From assembly GCA_964016885.1 (NCBI GenBank), contig OZ024741.1:194618001-194682000 (forward strand): a DNA stretch of 64,000 bases. Reading direction: 5' to 3'. A program made the position numbers and the translations under genes. Under the pieces are notes generated by a model that made no database searches, was not told the DNA's origin, and worked only from the letters and a program-made list of their open reading frames with translations. Shown here one piece after another: positions 25,678 through 39,220 of this stretch (position 1 is its first letter; each line of letters begins with the position of its first letter). The DNA comes from Eledone cirrhosa. Its lineage: Eukaryota.

Positions 25678-26575
25678 TACTATATATACTCAAATATAAG
25701 TCCAGCCGATTTTATGTCTGAGAAATGGACAAAAACCCAAACCCTATTTATAAGCTGAGGCAGGTAATACAAAAAATCCTGTTCAGATGGCATGGTTTTG
25801 AAATTCTCATGAAAGGAGAATATATTTATGAAGTTTTAATATTTTGATATTTAATATGTTTTGAGTGTCATTTAGCATATAGTTTTTGTTTCATAACTCC
25901 ATTACATAATGAGTTTACCAATTTCTAAACATTGAAAGCCATATTCTTATAAAACACATTTAAAAAACAATAGCAATTTTACCTTCAAAGTGAAACTGGT
26001 GTAATATTCACCCCCCAAAGTGAAATGGGTGTAATATTCACTTCCAAATTGAAACTGGTGTAATATTCACCTCCAAAGCAGAAATATTTTAGCACCTCAT
26101 TTAAGTAGAATTTGACATTGCTGAAAATCAACAAAATATTGACCTCAGATATAAGTTAACCCCACCATTTTACCATTGAATTTTTTGTCACATATTTCTT
26201 GGCTTATATACGAGTATGGAGGCACATGGCTTAGTGGTTAGAACATTGGCCTTGCAATCGAAAGGTTGTGAGTTCAATTCTCAGACCGAGTGATGTGTTG
26301 TTTCCTTGAGCAAGACACTTTATTTCACATTGTTCCAGTTTACTCAGCTGTAGAAATGAGATGATAGGGACTGGGGTCCAAATCATTCCACTGCAAAGTG
26401 GTCGTGGAGGTGCCACGGCAAAAAAGCACCCAGCACTCATTGTAAATGAGGTTGGTGTTAGGAAGGGCATCCAGCTGTAGAAATCAAGCCAGAATCAGTT
26501 CCCGTCCCACCCTTGCAAGCAGGGAAAAGGCAGACGTAAAATGAAATGATGATGATGATGATGATGATATGGTAG
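25678..26575. mobile_element. Tc2/pogo-like MITE whose right TIR is split by a SINE
   Basis: TATATACTCAAATATAAG at the left and inverted CTTATATACGAGTAT at about 26203-26217. Confidence 0.5.
26218..26568 (+). mobile_element. Second near-identical copy of the tRNA/RTE-tail SINE
   Basis: Nearly identical to 25231-25560 but with different flanks. Confidence 0.85.
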
Positions 26576-26643
26576 GTATTATACAGCCTACAGAAATTAG
26601 AAAGGGGGTCAACTTTATAACACTGAACTGGTTTTTTACTCAC

Positions 26644-26713
26644 TTGGTAATTGCATCAGTTTATTGTTGTTGAGCCAGAGTTGTTGCAAATAATGGAGAC
26701 AGCCAAGACCCTC
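26644..26713 (-). CDS. LRR protein, coding exon 2
   Basis: EGLGCLHYLQQLWLNNNKLMQLP; GTCAG acceptor, GTGAGT donor, phases 0/1. Confidence 0.9.
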
Positions 26714-27639
26714 CTGACAAATTATAAAACAAATGAATAGTTATGGAAGTTAAAGGACATTTAAAATGTGGCAGTACATACACACATAAACACACACACA
26801 TGCACACATAAATATACAGACATCTTTTCTGTAATTCATTTTACTCCCTAGGGAGCATTGAGTGATGAGAGATCTCCATTCTGTACAGTTGCAAGCTTTG
26901 CTATGGGCCTACTTCCAAGCTGTTGATCTGGAGACATACCGAGATAGTTTGTTGTGTGTGGGGGAAGTGTAGCTCACCTACACTGCAGGTCATCTCCTGG
27001 GTGATCTTGTCCAGATGGGCTATATCCGTGAGTGCCCTACCCTGGCCAGGATCTATCAACATATATCCCAAACTCATATGGTAAACACACTTCCTTTGGG
27101 CATGACAGTCCAAAAATGAGAGGCACGTGATGCTAGTCCTACTACTGCTTATGTGACGTCACTCGCCCCTATGCTTTCAGAAAGGCCTCCAGATCCATGA
27201 TGCCACTGAATTTTATAAGCTATTTTATTCCATCTCCGAGCATGAGCACACCATTCTTTATATATATATTTCAAGTAGAACTTTTTTATTTATTTATTCT
27301 AGTTTGATTTATTCATTGTTTGCAACTCTGTCTTTGTTTCTCTACAGAAGCACTGTGGTTGAGTGCTTTTGGTAAATTCAATTTTTCAATTTTAAATTCT
27401 CGTCATTGTATTCCCTAAAAATGGTTTGTTCTGGCTTACTTCTTTTTCATGAAGGACGTTAAACGGTGATGATGACAATGATGATATTTATATATATGAG
27501 CCTCAATCAACTATAACCAGCCCCTTAGTACATGGTTTCATATCTATCAATAAACTATAGGTTTCTCTCACCTGGCTAGTCTTTGCCATTCAACATAATG
27601 GAATGTGGATGTAAAATGATGATGATGATATAACCAGCT

Positions 27640-27920
27640 CCTAAATAAAGTACTGTATAATTTCTAGTATAAATTTCACATCTTACACTCAAAGACTCGC
27701 AAACCGGGTTCTGGTTGTACTGGAGTTTGGTTAAACACGCAACACCTCAATCTCCGGCCCAGAGGAAGTGCCAGCTTTGCATTGCCAAAGTTGTGGAGAT
27801 CACCAAATTAAAAAAAACCAGTGAAACTGAATTCCAAAATACTGCTGAGATGCCGACACGCCAGAAACACAATATTCTCGGCCCTATCATTCAGGAATAC
27901 CAACCCAACAAATGCTAACT
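27640..27920 (+). mobile_element. Penelope-like GIY-YIG C-terminal remnant
   Basis: WSLVKHA..Y/QSP..RKCQLCIAK resembles the end of the ORF at 54915-55502. Confidence 0.6.
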
Positions 27921-28460
27921 ACCAACAAAGGACTACCCCCACCAAGTAATATTGTTTCAAACCATTTCACTTCATATATTCACCTTATTCATCAATCCCA
28001 AACAACCAGTTTCCATGTATCTCACTCGATTTCACCTTATTTCATTTCATTTTATTCCTTATTCCTTTTCGTCTCATCTCTCCTGACTTCAAAAAAGCTC
28101 CATTACTAAAACACCAAAACTTAAACACTAATTTGTCCCCGTTATTCATCTTCAACCCCACCATCTCCACCATTGCCAACTTCCTCTTAATCACCTTGCT
28201 TCTTCAAATTTTTTATTGGTGAAGATTCTAATCCAGCATCTGCTAACACAATGAGTTAGTTTTTCGAAGCCCCAAGTTCGTGTAGCAATTCGGCAGTCTT
28301 GGAAAAGTTAAACCTACATAAGTGGATATAATTCAGGGTAAGGGTCAGACCTGTAGTAATTGAATGAATTTCTCCACAATTTAGCTGTTCATATTATAGA
28401 CCACCTTGCCCGTGTTCAAATGTGGAACCACAGACACATCACTATAGTAACCCTGGTCCT

Positions 28461-30197
28461 TGTAACAAGCTACTTTCCTTTGGCGCATTGATATATAATA
28501 TAATTGTTTCTACTTTTGGCACAAGGCCAGCAATTACCCAGTGCATTACTGGTACTTTATTTTATCGACCCTCTAAGGATGGAAGGCAAAGTTAACCTCG
28601 ACGGGATATATAATATAATATAATGAAATTATTGTGTAAAGTGCTCAGGTGCACTACAACTCGTCAAAGGTGCATGTATAGTACATAGAACAATACACAA
28701 ATGTCAGTACATAGAACAATACACAAATGAAGTGAATAGTGTATGAGTCATGATATACATGTGTGTATGTGTATGGAGGGGGAACATTAGGTGTAGTGTT
28801 GGCGAATCTCGGGAAGCATGGAGGCCTTAAAGGATGCAGTGTCTCGACAGCTAACAACCGATGCAGGTAGTTTGTTCCATGCTTCAGCAACTCTGAGCGT
28901 GAAAAAATGTTTCCGAAAGTCATGGGAGCTGTGCTGTTTTCTGACTTTGTGGGCATGCCCACGTGTGTTAGACACATGGAAATCAAAAAGGTACTCAGGG
29001 TTGTTGTTGGCAAGATGGTTAACAATTTTGTGGGTGTTTACCAAGTCAGTTGCCAGGCGTCGGAGCTTCAATGTATCCATGCTCAGGGAAGCAAGGCACT
29101 CAGAGTATGGTAGATGCCTGATGGAGGGTATTCGCTTGGTTGCACGTCTCTGAACAGTTTCCAGGCGGTCAATGTTCTGCACAAGATAGGGGTTCCAGAC
29201 TGGTGATGCAAATTCTAAGTGTGGCCGCACCATAGCCATGTACAGCCTTAAATAGATAGCTGAAGAGCGGCTGACAAAGGTCTTGCTGAGTGATGCTAAG
29301 ACACCCTCGGCCCTCTTGACAATTTTAGAGACGTGCTTCGTCCAACGCAAATCGCTGCTGACCGTAATGCCCAGGTCACGTTCACAAGAAGACTTCTTGA
29401 TATTAGTGCTGTGGAGGGAGTATGTGGATGCTGGGTTTTTACTCCCAAAATGCATGGTGGTGCACTTGTCCACAGCTAGCTTGATAACTTTTCCGTACGT
29501 GCTTTGGCTAAGTTAAGCCAATTGTGATCCGCGCACGAATATGTATTTTCAACTTCCACCCAAATAGAGAATTTCCCCGCTTCTTTTAATAAATTTGATC
29601 TCTTTGTGTGTGAACTGCGGTAATATAAACACAACTCTTATTTTGCTCTGCAAACATACAACCAACATGTAACAACAACAATAACTACGGGCCTGGCTAA
29701 CACCTCAGCCAGTTGACCGTACCTTCTAAACTCTTAATTGGTTTATTTCATTTGTTTTGGAATGCCAGCTTAATCCAGCTCTTAACCTTTGTTAATAAAT
29801 TATGTAAAAACATGCTTGTGATGCTATTTACCACAGCCATTGTGTTTTTAAATTGTGATATGGAAAGATTCTTTCCAGAGTTATATTCACAGCAGAACAA
29901 CAAAACATGAGACTTACAGCAAAGTGCAAATTCAACTTACATGTATTGATATAACAAACCATAACAAACCATATGTAATTGGAAAGATATAGCAAACCAT
30001 ATCTTTCCAATTACAAACAAATACATTATTGTTACATATTCTCGTTGCTATTATATGCTGTTATACCGATGACATAATACATCATCATTTTGTTTTATAA
30101 ACTGCTTCACTGATGACCTCTGTTGATACACACAATACACATAACAACAAATACAAATATTATCATTTTCGTTAATATCATTTAAAATAATGTTAAA
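28461..30197. mobile_element. Solo LTR-like element with 4-bp TSD (TCCT), carrying nested SINE and LINE pieces
   Basis: Termini TGTAACA...TGTTAAA; TCCT at 28457-28460 and 30198-30201; homologous to 39863-40595. Confidence 0.75.
28612..29485 (-). mobile_element. CR1-group LINE 3' fragment
   Basis: ERDLGI, LYMAMVRPHLEFASPVWNP, LETVQRRATK, TRGH and RKHFFTLRVAEAWNKLP motifs; same 3' tail at about 10160-10290. Confidence 0.92.
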
Positions 30198-31299
30198 TCC
30201 TTTTTCAGCGACACCACATGCTTAACGTATTGGCTAACAGCTCGTACTCAACAACCAACATGACACCCCACCAAAATAGAAGAAATCTGTCATTTTTGTC
30301 TACAACCTCTTAACTATATGGTCAATTAATCAATAAACAATTTTTGCTAAAAAAACCCAACAAAAACACTTCATCCACTATCTTCAGTTAATTTCAAAAT
30401 TCTTTCCTCAATTCCAACTTCTTCTCTGCAATGTTTTAATATCTCACTGTCCTATTCTTGCACCTCTATATTAAATATTTACTCACACACAACATCCATC
30501 TCTACATCTCACACATATTTCTCTGTATTTGGTACACCTCATAATTCTTTTTTTTTTCTTTTTCTTTACTTGTTCTCCTTGTTTTCTCAGTCTCAATCTC
30601 CCTCTTCCGATATTTCAATATTACCTCTCTATCTTTGCTATGCTTTTACAATTTTTAAATTTACTGCGGATTCACCCATGTAGAATCTCACACACTCACA
30701 CAGATTTTGATTTTACTGCAGTCTTGCCCATGCGGAATCTTACACAAACTCACAGCCTTTGAATTTTTACTTCTAATGTTTTTTCCTTCTCTTTCCATGT
30801 TCATTGCTCTTTCTCTTCCACTGTATTTACTTGCCTCTCACATGACCACACTCATCCCCACACACTCATCATCCTTCTCCCTGTCCCCCCTTCTCCACTT
30901 TCTATCTCTCCCTCTGCTCACCCCTTACTTCATCCTCACGCGCAGCCCACCTATGTCTTTGCTCGACCTGTTAGTGACCCGATGTTTCGATCAAACTATC
31001 ACCAGTGATTGCCGATTGATAAAGTTGCCACCACTTTAACCTAATCCACTCTAGGTGGTGGAGGCATGCGTTGAACGACCAAGATACCTGCTTCGTGGAA
31101 TGACTATGTCAGTCTTCGACCTCTCATTCTCTACCAACTTCGCCACGCACCGTAAGTTCCAAACGGAATTAACCCTGCAAACCTCACCACTCCTACAATT
31201 GTTATCCCACCTCCTGCACCACCCAACCTCCATTCTAGTCCCACCGTTAGAACCAATGCTGCTTACCCTACCTCTTTTACTAGTTCACTTTCTTGCTTA

Positions 31300-34165
31300 A
31301 ATTCCAATGCTAACTCTTTACCATTGGTCGCTGCCAGCCCCCCCTCCCCCACCTGACTGTGCTCTCTGTGCCTGCACTAGCTGGTACCTAAAGACAATTA
31401 AATATCACGTGTGCTACCAAAACTACCACAGGAGCTGTGTCGACATCACCAAGGCTCAAGCTGAAAGGCTTCAATACTGGACCTGTAATTAGTGCCACTT
31501 TAGCTCCGACGTTCTCCATGGAGACATCCCATGCTTCAATGACCAGCTCTCTACTGAGGACTTTGCTGCAGCCCTCCAGGGTTTATCAAAATCGAAACTA
31601 ATCAACCGGATCCCTAAGGGAGCTCGGAATAGCTTTGCACCTGCCCTCTTCAATTTATTGAAAAACGTTTGTTTATCTAACAATATGTCTGGCTGGCAGA
31701 AACTGTTTTTTGTTTCCTCTCATCTCTCTTCACGTACACAATGTAAAATCTGGCTCCTTGATGTCTTCTCTCAAGCGGCAGTTCCAGCTGTTTGAGTCCA
31801 CCCCAACCACTTCTCACCTGAGTTTGACATCGAACTTGGTGCCTACTGACAGGCAACCAATTAACCTTCAGAAAATTTGACATTGATGGAGCTGTCTGTC
31901 TCCTCTCTTCTCTGTCCTCCCTTGCTCTGTGCAACCCTGATTCTCTTGAGCAACTGAAAGAGAAGCACCCATCAGCAGCCCCAGATGATAGGTTACACTG
32001 GCCTGAACCACCAGAATACTCGAGACCGGTCTACACCACTGATAAAATGAGAAAAGCGATTTCATCCTCCCCCGCTGGTTCTGATGTGGGAATTGATGGT
32101 CTACAACCTCAAAACCTGAAGTATGGTATCTCCTTATCAGTCGGACTTGAGCTCTTGTAGAGTCTGACTCAGTTTATGAATCAGTTCTCTTTGGTCCGAA
32201 ATTATTTGGTTTCACTAAACCCAATGGAGACCTACGCATCATTGCGGTTGGTTACACCCTTCGTCGTCTTACTGCGAAGGTGTGTTTGTTATCGGTCTCT
32301 GACTCACTGGTGGAGGAATTTCCCCCCATCCAGTTAGGAAAGCCATTACCAACATGCCTTCCATATCCCCCAGGGTCATCCTCAAACTTGACCTTAAGAA
32401 CGCCCTCAACTCCGTCAACTGTGATATCGTCCTCAGCTCAGTAAGGGAGAGGGTCCCACAACTCTACCATTTTACTTGGCAAGCTTATTGGGGGCCCTCC
32501 AACCTCTCTTTTGGTGTTCAAATCATCATTTCTGCCTCAGGAGTTCAACAAGGTGATCCACTCGGGTCCACCCTGTTTGCACTGGGTACTGATAACATCA
32601 CCAAGATGCAGGTTAAGTTGAACCTCAACATCTGGTATCTCAATGACGCCTGTTTGGGGGGGACCTCCAGATAAGGTTCTCGCCGCTGCTAACAAAATGG
32701 TTGAGGAGCTTGGTTGTCGGGGTCTCCAGGTCAATAGTTCCAAATGTGAGCTCTGGATGCTCAACTACTCGGCTTTTCAACATCAACGAACAATCAACCT
32801 GTTTAAAGAGTCCTTCCCTTCCATTGCAGTCCCTCCCCCATCGATTTGGTGCTCCTTATAAGGCCCAATTACAGACCTTGCCTTCGAGTCAATCTTCCAA
32901 TCGAAGATGGTTAGCCATGACCTGCTGCTGAAGAATATTGAAGCAATCATACCCCATCAAGGTTTTTTTCATACTCAGGAACAACCTGTCTATTCCTAAG
33001 CTTCTATATCTGCTCAGGGTCAGCCCCTCTCACAGATTTCCATCTGCCTCCAATGCTTCAACGACCTAATCTGCAAGAGACTCGAGTGCCTGGTCAATGT
33101 TAGACTCTCTCCAGAGTCCCGCGATCAGGCTGCGTTGCCCAAGCGATTTGGGGGTCTTGGTCTTCATAAATGTTCATCCCTCTCTCTCCCCTGCTTCCTT
33201 TCCTCCACCCATGCTTGCTCCTCCCTGGTGAGCAGCATCCTCTCCTCTCCAACATGGACTAGTTCCAACAGGGAGTTAGATGAATCTCTCCAGCAATGGA
33301 GTGAGTTGGGTTTGTCTGTTCCTGAGAAGGTGGAGGACAGTTGAAGTCAGAGAGCTTGGGACAGCATACATTCGAGGGTCACCTTTGACTCCCTCTTCGA
33401 CCAGTCAGATCAGTTTTCAAGGTGCCGCTTACTGTCTGCTAGCGCCAAATACTCAGGTGACTGGGTTAATGCCCTACCAGTGGCTAACGTTAGTGGCCTA
33501 CTCGGCTTGGACGAACTTCATGTCTCTATTGCCCTCAGAGTGGAAGCTGACATCTGTACGAGTTTGAGGTGTCGATGTGACAAATTCCTTGACTCCACAG
33601 TCTTTCTTGCCGCCTGTGCGTTACTTATTCTCAAGAGAGCTTTGGCCCGGGCAACCATCCCCTGAATCTTGGAACCATCTAGGTTGTCCAGAAGTGATGG
33701 GAAAAGACCTGACAGCTTTACCTTCTGCCCCTGGTTGAGAGGCAGATGCCTTGTCTGGGACTTCACAGTTAGTGACTCTTTTGGTTCTTCCCACATCCTG
33801 GATGCTGCGGTTAGGGCGAGAGTCACAGCTTCCGCAGCCGAACGGAACAAAATCCTAAAACACTGTGATCTGTCGGCCAACTACATCTTCCAGCCTGTGA
33901 CGTTCGGGGGAGTCGGGCTACTGACTGCGACATTCCTATCTTCACTGGCACCTTGCCTAATAAAGGTAACTGGTGAAGCTCGTGGGGGTGCTTGGTTGTT
34001 CCAGCGCATCAACCTAGCCATCACCCGAGGCAACGCTGCGAGCGTGCTGGCTTGCCTCAAAAATCATTAGAGAGGTTTCCCAGTGTTCCTCGCGATACTG
34101 TTATCTTTTACTCTGGTAGCGGCTCGGTTGTCCACCCCTTTCGCCTGCCTTTTGTGGTACGTGGT
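31300..34165 (+). mobile_element. CRE-clade non-LTR retrotransposon (PHD-like finger, RT, RLE), decayed
   Basis: LKLDLKNA, GVQQGDPLG, WYLND, GGLGL, EPSRLSRSDGKRPD, WDFTV and QRINLAITRGNA motifs. Confidence 0.9.
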
Positions 34166-34690
34166 GTTGTTTCTTCGATGACCCGCTCCATGATACAGGG
34201 GCCGACCATCGAAGAAACAAGACCATGCGTTCGGCCCACCCCCTGTATCATGAAAAGAATATCTGTTTTCACAGAAATTATTAGATTTTTCCAAATTTAA
34301 AGGTTTATTGGGAACTTTCTATGTTTATTTTAGGTTCTGTTGTTTGAAGAGCTCAACCTATCATAATTGATAGTCCTCAGTGAAATATGTGTAACAGAGT
34401 TTTAAATAAACCTGAATCAACTGAATATGGCCTCCAATCTTTTATCAATATATATATATATATACATAAATTATATTTGAGAAAAGCAAACAAGAAAAAG
34501 AAATATTTATCTATTTACATAGAATATCCCTAGGACGTTCTAAGTAAATAGGTAAATATTTCTTTGTAAATATTTCTTTATCTTTTCCCAAATATAATTT
34601 TATTATTGACTAATTGATTCTTTTTAATTCCTTCATTGAGAAAAATTGATATCAGTTGGACTCCCTCGTATGTATGTCTATACTTGTGTA

Positions 34691-34727
<37 letters not shown>

Positions 34728-35192
34728 TCAGTATATATATATATAAATTTTATATATAGCAACCTAAAATAACGAATTAGGTGTTTAACACCTACATGTG
34801 AGAACATATATCTGAGGAGCTTCCAATTCCAGAGTCAGGAACGAACATCATTCGATCATTCCTCGAGCTGATCAGCAGTGAAACATGTGTAATCATCATC
34901 ATCATCATCATCGTTTAACGTCCATGTTCCACGCTTGCATGGGTTTGGACGGGAGTTTTCCCACTTGAGGCAAGAGTGGTTGTCATTGCTCGCATAGGAC
35001 TGTCTGGCGGGTTTTCTACAGCTGGATGCCCTTCCTAACACCAACCACATTTGTAATTAAATATGTATATGATGCAATACTGATTCTTTGTTCCCATTTA
35101 TTATTATTGATACTCTGCTCTCCTAGTTCACAGAGTGCTCACCTGTGAATGCAATTCAATTGCACCTCTACATACATCTATATATATATATA

Positions 35193-35275
<83 letters not shown>

Positions 35276-35346
35276 TAGCTGTGTATTTAGAAAAAGAATT
35301 ATAAAAGATGAAATATAGATAAAGCAACAAAAAATTTTGAACATAC

Positions 35347-35538
35347 CGGAAGTTCAGAAATTTGATTGTGTGATAAGTCTAAAGATTCAAGATGTTGAAA
35401 GAAAGCTATTTCACTGGGAAGAATTGTGAGTCGGTTATAAGAAATATCAAAGTTTGTCACAAATCTTCCTTCATAATCCAGACGTTTGGGAAAATCTTCT
35501 AGATTTTTCATGCTAGAATGACACAAACCAAATTTCAT
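35347..35538 (-). CDS. LRR protein, coding exon 1; full CDS 344 aa, LRRC58/LRRC28/LRRC69-like
   Basis: MKFGLCHSS...FDISYNRLTILPSEIAFFQHLESLDLSHNQISELP|GTATGT; in-frame TAA upstream; eight exons sum to 1035 nt with consistent phases. Confidence 0.88.
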
Positions 35539-35810
35539 ATTTATTTAACTAGAGTTGCATGGGTGGTGATCAGGTGATTGTTTGATTACAAAATAGAATT
35601 TCTAAAATACAGTCTTCTTTTTGTCTAACTACATTTTTATAAGGCACAAATGTAAAGTTAATGCTAATTTTTGAGAGAAATGGTAAAAATCCGCTTAATT
35701 CACTGACATGTTTTAAGAAACCTGGTGTTATTTAGAGAGAAGATTGGAGTATTAGGTTGCTGTGTTTTTAGTCTCTTTCACATTTATGAGTATGTTATAT
35801 ATATAAATAA

Positions 35811-35852
<42 letters not shown>

Positions 35853-35899
35853 CTATATGTGTATGTATATATTTTTCTATAATACTTATATATCTTCGA

Positions 35900-36362
35900 A
35901 ATGCTGTCGTGGTTCATGCCCAGCTCACTTGCAATCAGTCGAACAGTCAGCTGATGATCGCCAGACACCACCTGCCTAACACACACAACGTTTGCCTCTA
36001 GTCAAGCTCGTTGAAGGCCTTCCACTCCTGGGGTTGTCTTCCACCTTTTGTCCCACTCAGAAACCCATGAGCATGACCTCTTCTCATCTCTGTACACTTG
36101 CTGCAGTATTCAGAGTGCTTCTAATGGAGTTTTCTCCAGCCAGACCAGAAAATTTGGTTGGTTCCTTGCTCTGTGCCCATCACTCGATGGCCTAAAATTG
36201 AGGAGCTGTTAACAAAAGCATGTGAAATACATACAACAGCTGCAGAGAGCTGAGATTGCAGTTATATATTCCCTGGATATTACATCACATGGTAACACAA
36301 CTCGCTAATCCCTACTTATAGCTCACTCACAAAAGTTCTGTTACTTTTCTGACACAACTCAT
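35900..36362 (-). mobile_element. Mariner-derived deleted element
   Basis: Homologous to about 8980-9420; LTVRLIASELGMNHDS. Confidence 0.8.
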
Positions 36363-37187
36363 ATATAAATATATATCTGCTATTTCAAGTGTTAAACTAA
36401 TATATTCCTTTCATATACTGTACCATTTGTTATGTTATTTCCATTTACCTTTTACATATATCTATATATAAATTTCTGCGATTCTGTCACAATACATAAA
36501 GAGAGAGAAGTAGTTTGACTACCTCATACTACTCCCCTCTCTTTACATCTGCTGCCTGCGTGAATGTATGTGTGTGTAAAAGGAAGGCAGGGGGTTGGTG
36601 AAAAAAAAATATAGTAAAATAGCAGTTGGCATTCCATTTGTTATGCTGTGTATGTGTGTATGAATGTGTGTGTGTGTGTTTGTGAATGTATGTCTGAGTG
36701 TATTTTTGTAAGTGTGTCTGTGTTTGCATGTTTATATTTATATACTCATACATATAAACGTATGCATATGCATATACACGCAGGCACATATACACATTCG
36801 CATCAGTGTGATGAAAAATATCCAAGTATTTATATATATAGTCAGCACAGCAAAATGGCAGAGTCGTTGGAAGTTGGATAGAATACTTTCTGGCTCTCTA
36901 CTCTCTGCGTTCAAATCCAGCCATGGTCTCCTTTACCATCCATCCTTTTGAGGTCGATAAAAGAAGTACCAGCTTAGTACTGGGGTTTATTCTTTCTCTG
37001 TATCTCAATTTTTATCCTTCTCTGGAAGAAATCTGCTTATTCAGACCTGGGGAGTGATGGGCTAGGCTTTACAGCACCCTTACGACTCCATCGGGAGTTA
37101 TGGGATCATGCATGCATGCATTCCCTCGAGATTTAGCACCATATATGTATATTTATCTGAAACAGAGAGATAATATAATATAATTAC

Positions 37188-37235
37188 CTGAGATTGACAG
37201 ATGTAGTGTGGAATTTAAGAATTGGTAAAGTTGTT
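37188..37235 (-). CDS. Putative exon 3 of upstream TM ORF
   Basis: TTTACAG acceptor and CAG|GTAATT donor; 48 nt open in phase 2 (TTLPILKFHTTSVNL). Confidence 0.55.
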
Positions 37236-37289
37236 CTGTAAATATAAGAGAGAAATGGTTTTATGTAATGTCAAAATATGTGGTATGTC

Positions 37290-39220
37290 ATCATCCTTAT
37301 CATCATCACCATGTAATGTCCATTTTCTATGCTAGCATGGGTTAGACAAGTTGTCCCATTGTGGGACAAGTCAGATCAGATGACTGTGTCTTGCTCATAC
37401 AGACTTGTTTCTGGCTTGATTTCTACAACTGGATGCCCTTACTAATGCCAGCCACATTTACAGTGTGGGCTGGATGCTTTTTGTTGTGTCACCAACATGA
37501 CCACCTTGCAGTATGGACCGGCCGCGTCTTGTCGGTTAAAACAACCACTTTACAGTGAGGACTGGGCGCTTTTTGCCATATCACAATCACGACCACTTTA
37601 CAGGGTGGACTGAGTGTTTATTGTCATGACAAGAACACGACCACTCAACAGGGTGGACTGGGTGCTTTTTGTCATGTTACCAACCTGACCACTTCAAAGG
37701 ATCAACCGGGCACCTTCCTTGGTGCCACCAACGCGATCACTTTACAAGGTGGACTGGATGCCTCCTGTCATGTCCTCCACACAACCACCTTGCAGGGTGG
37801 ACTGAGTGCTTATTTGTCATGTCACCAGCATGACCACCTTGCTGGAAGGGCTAGGTGCTCTTTTGTCATGTTTCATTACAGGGAGGACTATGTGCTCTTT
37901 TGTCATGCTACCAAATTAAGCACCTTAGATAGTGGACTAGGGGCTTTTGTTGTGTCACCAGCATGACTACCTCATAGGGCAGACCGAGAGCTTTTAGCTA
38001 TTTTAGCTGCATTATGGAAGAGCATGTTCAGCTTTTGTTCAGCTTTCCATGTTTGTTTATATGGGTTGGTCAAGAGAGGGCATCAGATGTGGAAAGTGGG
38101 GGTGGGGTGTATATATATATATATATAGGGTTAGGGTTATGGAATTGGAGAGGTAGGTCTAGGATAGAGTACTTAACTGGTAAAGGGGTGGAGTGTTAAG
38201 ACATGCAGGAAGTATGGATGGGGGAAAGAGGGAGAAGTGGTGCATACTAGAGACCACTAAATGTTGATTCATCCCATGCACTTGGGAAAGTGGGTCCTCT
38301 GCAGTACAGCATAACACCAGAGATCTTGATCCTGTATCATCATTTTTGTCAGGTTTAATTGGGCACGGTTAGCTTTTATCACTTCATCCCAAATTTTCGT
38401 ATGTCTTCCTCTTCTATAGTTATCATCAACATTGAACACCCTGCACATTTTTATACAGCTGTCATCCTCCATATGCATCACCTGTCTAAACAACCAAAAT
38501 CTCCTCCCCTGTGGACTGCATCTGACCCCTCTTATGTCTAGTTTCTCTCTCAGTTCATTTACACTTTTCCGTTCATGTATACTCTATTACACATCCATTG
38601 AAGCATGCAAGCTTCATTTCTTTCTAATCTTTGAATGTCCTCTCCACACAGCACCTAGGTCTCCCTACCATGCAGCATTGCTCTTTCATATACACACATC
38701 ATATAATCTGCCCTTCATTTTGAGAAAAAAACCTTTTGTATCTAGCAGCAATAGTAACTCCCTGAACTTTTTCCATCCTGTTCTCACACAGGCAACTGTA
38801 CTTTCAGAACACCCACCTCCACAACTAATTTGGAGGCCCAAGTTACAGAAACTATCAACTACTTCTACAGAGCCCCTTGAGCATTTAATGGAGCTTGTTT
38901 CCTGTGAGTTCTTGCTACTTACTTCTCCTGTGCATTGACCACATATAAAACCTATGTCCTTTGCTAGCTTGCCTGAGATCTGACTACATCTCTTGTGTAC
39001 AGGGTCCATAGAGGTTACAGGTTTGGTGCAAAAAACAAAGAAGGTTTCAAGCTCCTAGAATCCTGCAATATCAATGATCTATCTATATGCAACACACATT
39101 TAAAAAAACTGACAACTACCTAATCACCTATAGATCAAGTGAACATATCAGTCAGATAGATATAATCTTCACCAGAAGACGAGATAGAGTGACAGTTGTA
39201 AACACAAAATCCTCCCATGA
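37290..39220 (-). mobile_element. RTE LINE 3' portion with an oppositely oriented endonuclease-like fragment at about 39005-39220
   Basis: VHKRC..FICGQC and RTGWKKFRELL on minus; plus strand gives NKEGFKLLE..ICNTH..LITYRS..SQID. Confidence 0.75.

Noticed and set aside
34345-34380. Minus-strand CTGAGGA plus hairpin, hammerhead-like
   Set aside because: No GAAA box or stem III.
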